Shown here one piece after another: positions 63,369 through 64,000 of a stretch of DNA of 64,000 nucleotides (the stretch's first letter is position 1; each line of letters opens with the position of its first letter). The stretch is taken from contig CALRAJ010000002.1 in assembly GCA_943350765.1 (NCBI GenBank), forward strand, positions 7,994-71,993, in the 5' to 3' direction. The DNA comes from Candidatus Tayloriibacteriota bacterium. Lineage in GTDB: Bacteria > Patescibacteriota > Minisyncoccia > Phycocordibacterales > PALSA-1337. The translations under genes and the position numbers were made by a program. The notes beneath the pieces were generated by a model. That model was not told the origin of the DNA, did not search any database, and was given only the letters and a program-made list of their open reading frames with translations.

Positions 63369-64000
63369 ATGGTCAAAAAGATTCTAAATATTTTAAGTAA
63401 AGAGATACGCGGACTCCATGAGGCCGCGTATCTCTTGGGTATGTTTGCAATACTTGCCCAGCTTCTCTCACTTGTACGAGATCGACTGTTTGCATACTAC
63501 TTTGGTGCTGGTCCAACGCTAGATTTGTATTACGCGTCATTTAGAATTCCAGACATGATTTTTGTGACTGTTGCATCAATGGTGTCAATTTCAGTTCTTG
63601 TTCCATTTTTTATTGAGCGAGTGGAGAAGGATTTTGAGGAAGGAAAAGCTTTTATCAGTAATTTATTTTCTGTTTTTTGTATTGGTATTGTGTGTGTGAG
63701 CATACTGACTTTTTTTCTTGTACCATACATTATTCCTATTGTTCTACCAGGATTTAAAGATAGTGTGCAGTTACCCGAGCTTATTACTTTGACTAGAATA
63801 CTTTTACTGTCACCAATCCTGTTGGGCATTTCAAATTTTCTAGCAAGTATTACTCAAATGTATAATCGTTTCTTTATTTATGCCATAAGTCCTCTACTTT
63901 ATAATTTTGGTATAGTCTGTGGAACCATTTTTCTTTACCCATATTTCGGTATTTATGGACTAGTCTATGGGGTGCTTTTTGGAGCGGTGCTACACTTGCT
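63369..64000 (+). CDS. murJ: Lipid II flippase MurJ (MviN), 3' partial
   Basis: MVKKILNILSKEIRGLHEAAYLLGMFAILAQLLSLVRDRLFAYYFG...LYYASFRIPD, canonical MurJ N-terminus. Runs off the window end, so it is absent from the ORF track. Confidence 0.75.
   Translation, partial: MVKKILNILSKEIRGLHEAAYLLGMFAILAQLLSLVRDRLFAYYFGAGPTLDLYYASFRIPDMIFVTVASMVSISVLVPFFIERVEKDFEEGKAFISNLFSVFCIGIVCVSILTFFLVPYIIPIVLPGFKDSVQLPELITLTRILLLSPILLGISNFLASITQMYNRFFIYAISPLLYNFGIVCGTIFLYPYFGIYGLVYGVLFGAVLHL

Overview
This is an AT-rich (about 38% GC) bacterial fragment. From the gene content and the insertion-bearing 16S rRNA I infer a Candidate Phyla Radiation / Patescibacteria-like organism. Housekeeping genes include secD/secF, pyk, murD, murB, secA, obg, gatB, gap, rpiB, rpe, a split transketolase and the murJ start. 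The 16S rRNA gene (4749-6745) carries two insertions, is followed by tRNA-Ile(GAT), and has no 23S in the window. A 25-kb Wzx/Wzy-type glycan locus (13.7-38.6 kb) holds at least 8 GT4 glycosyltransferases, 4-5 SAM methyltransferases, a 2OG-oxygenase-like gene, a CMP-nonulosonate synthetase, a Wzx flippase and an O-antigen-ligase/TPR protein. Within that locus a GC-rich (about 55%) island (29.9-34.8 kb) encodes a B12-binding radical SAM enzyme, an SDR, a KdsC-like phosphatase and a NeuB-like synthase. For a small genome the intergenic space is unusually repeat-rich: a roughly 145-bp MITE family in at least 5 copies plus a nested remnant, a superfamily of palindromes built on an AACGGCTMAAC/GAGCC core, and a GATGGCTCACTG hairpin family that also forms direct repeats flanking a 3.6-kb restriction-modification island. 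A DUF559 endonuclease cassette with 39-bp terminal inverted repeats sits between rpiB and rpe. Genes lack Shine-Dalgarno motifs, several have a TGnTATAAT element about 9 nt before the ATG, and the 16S 3' tail appears to lack CCUCC. No CRISPR array was seen.
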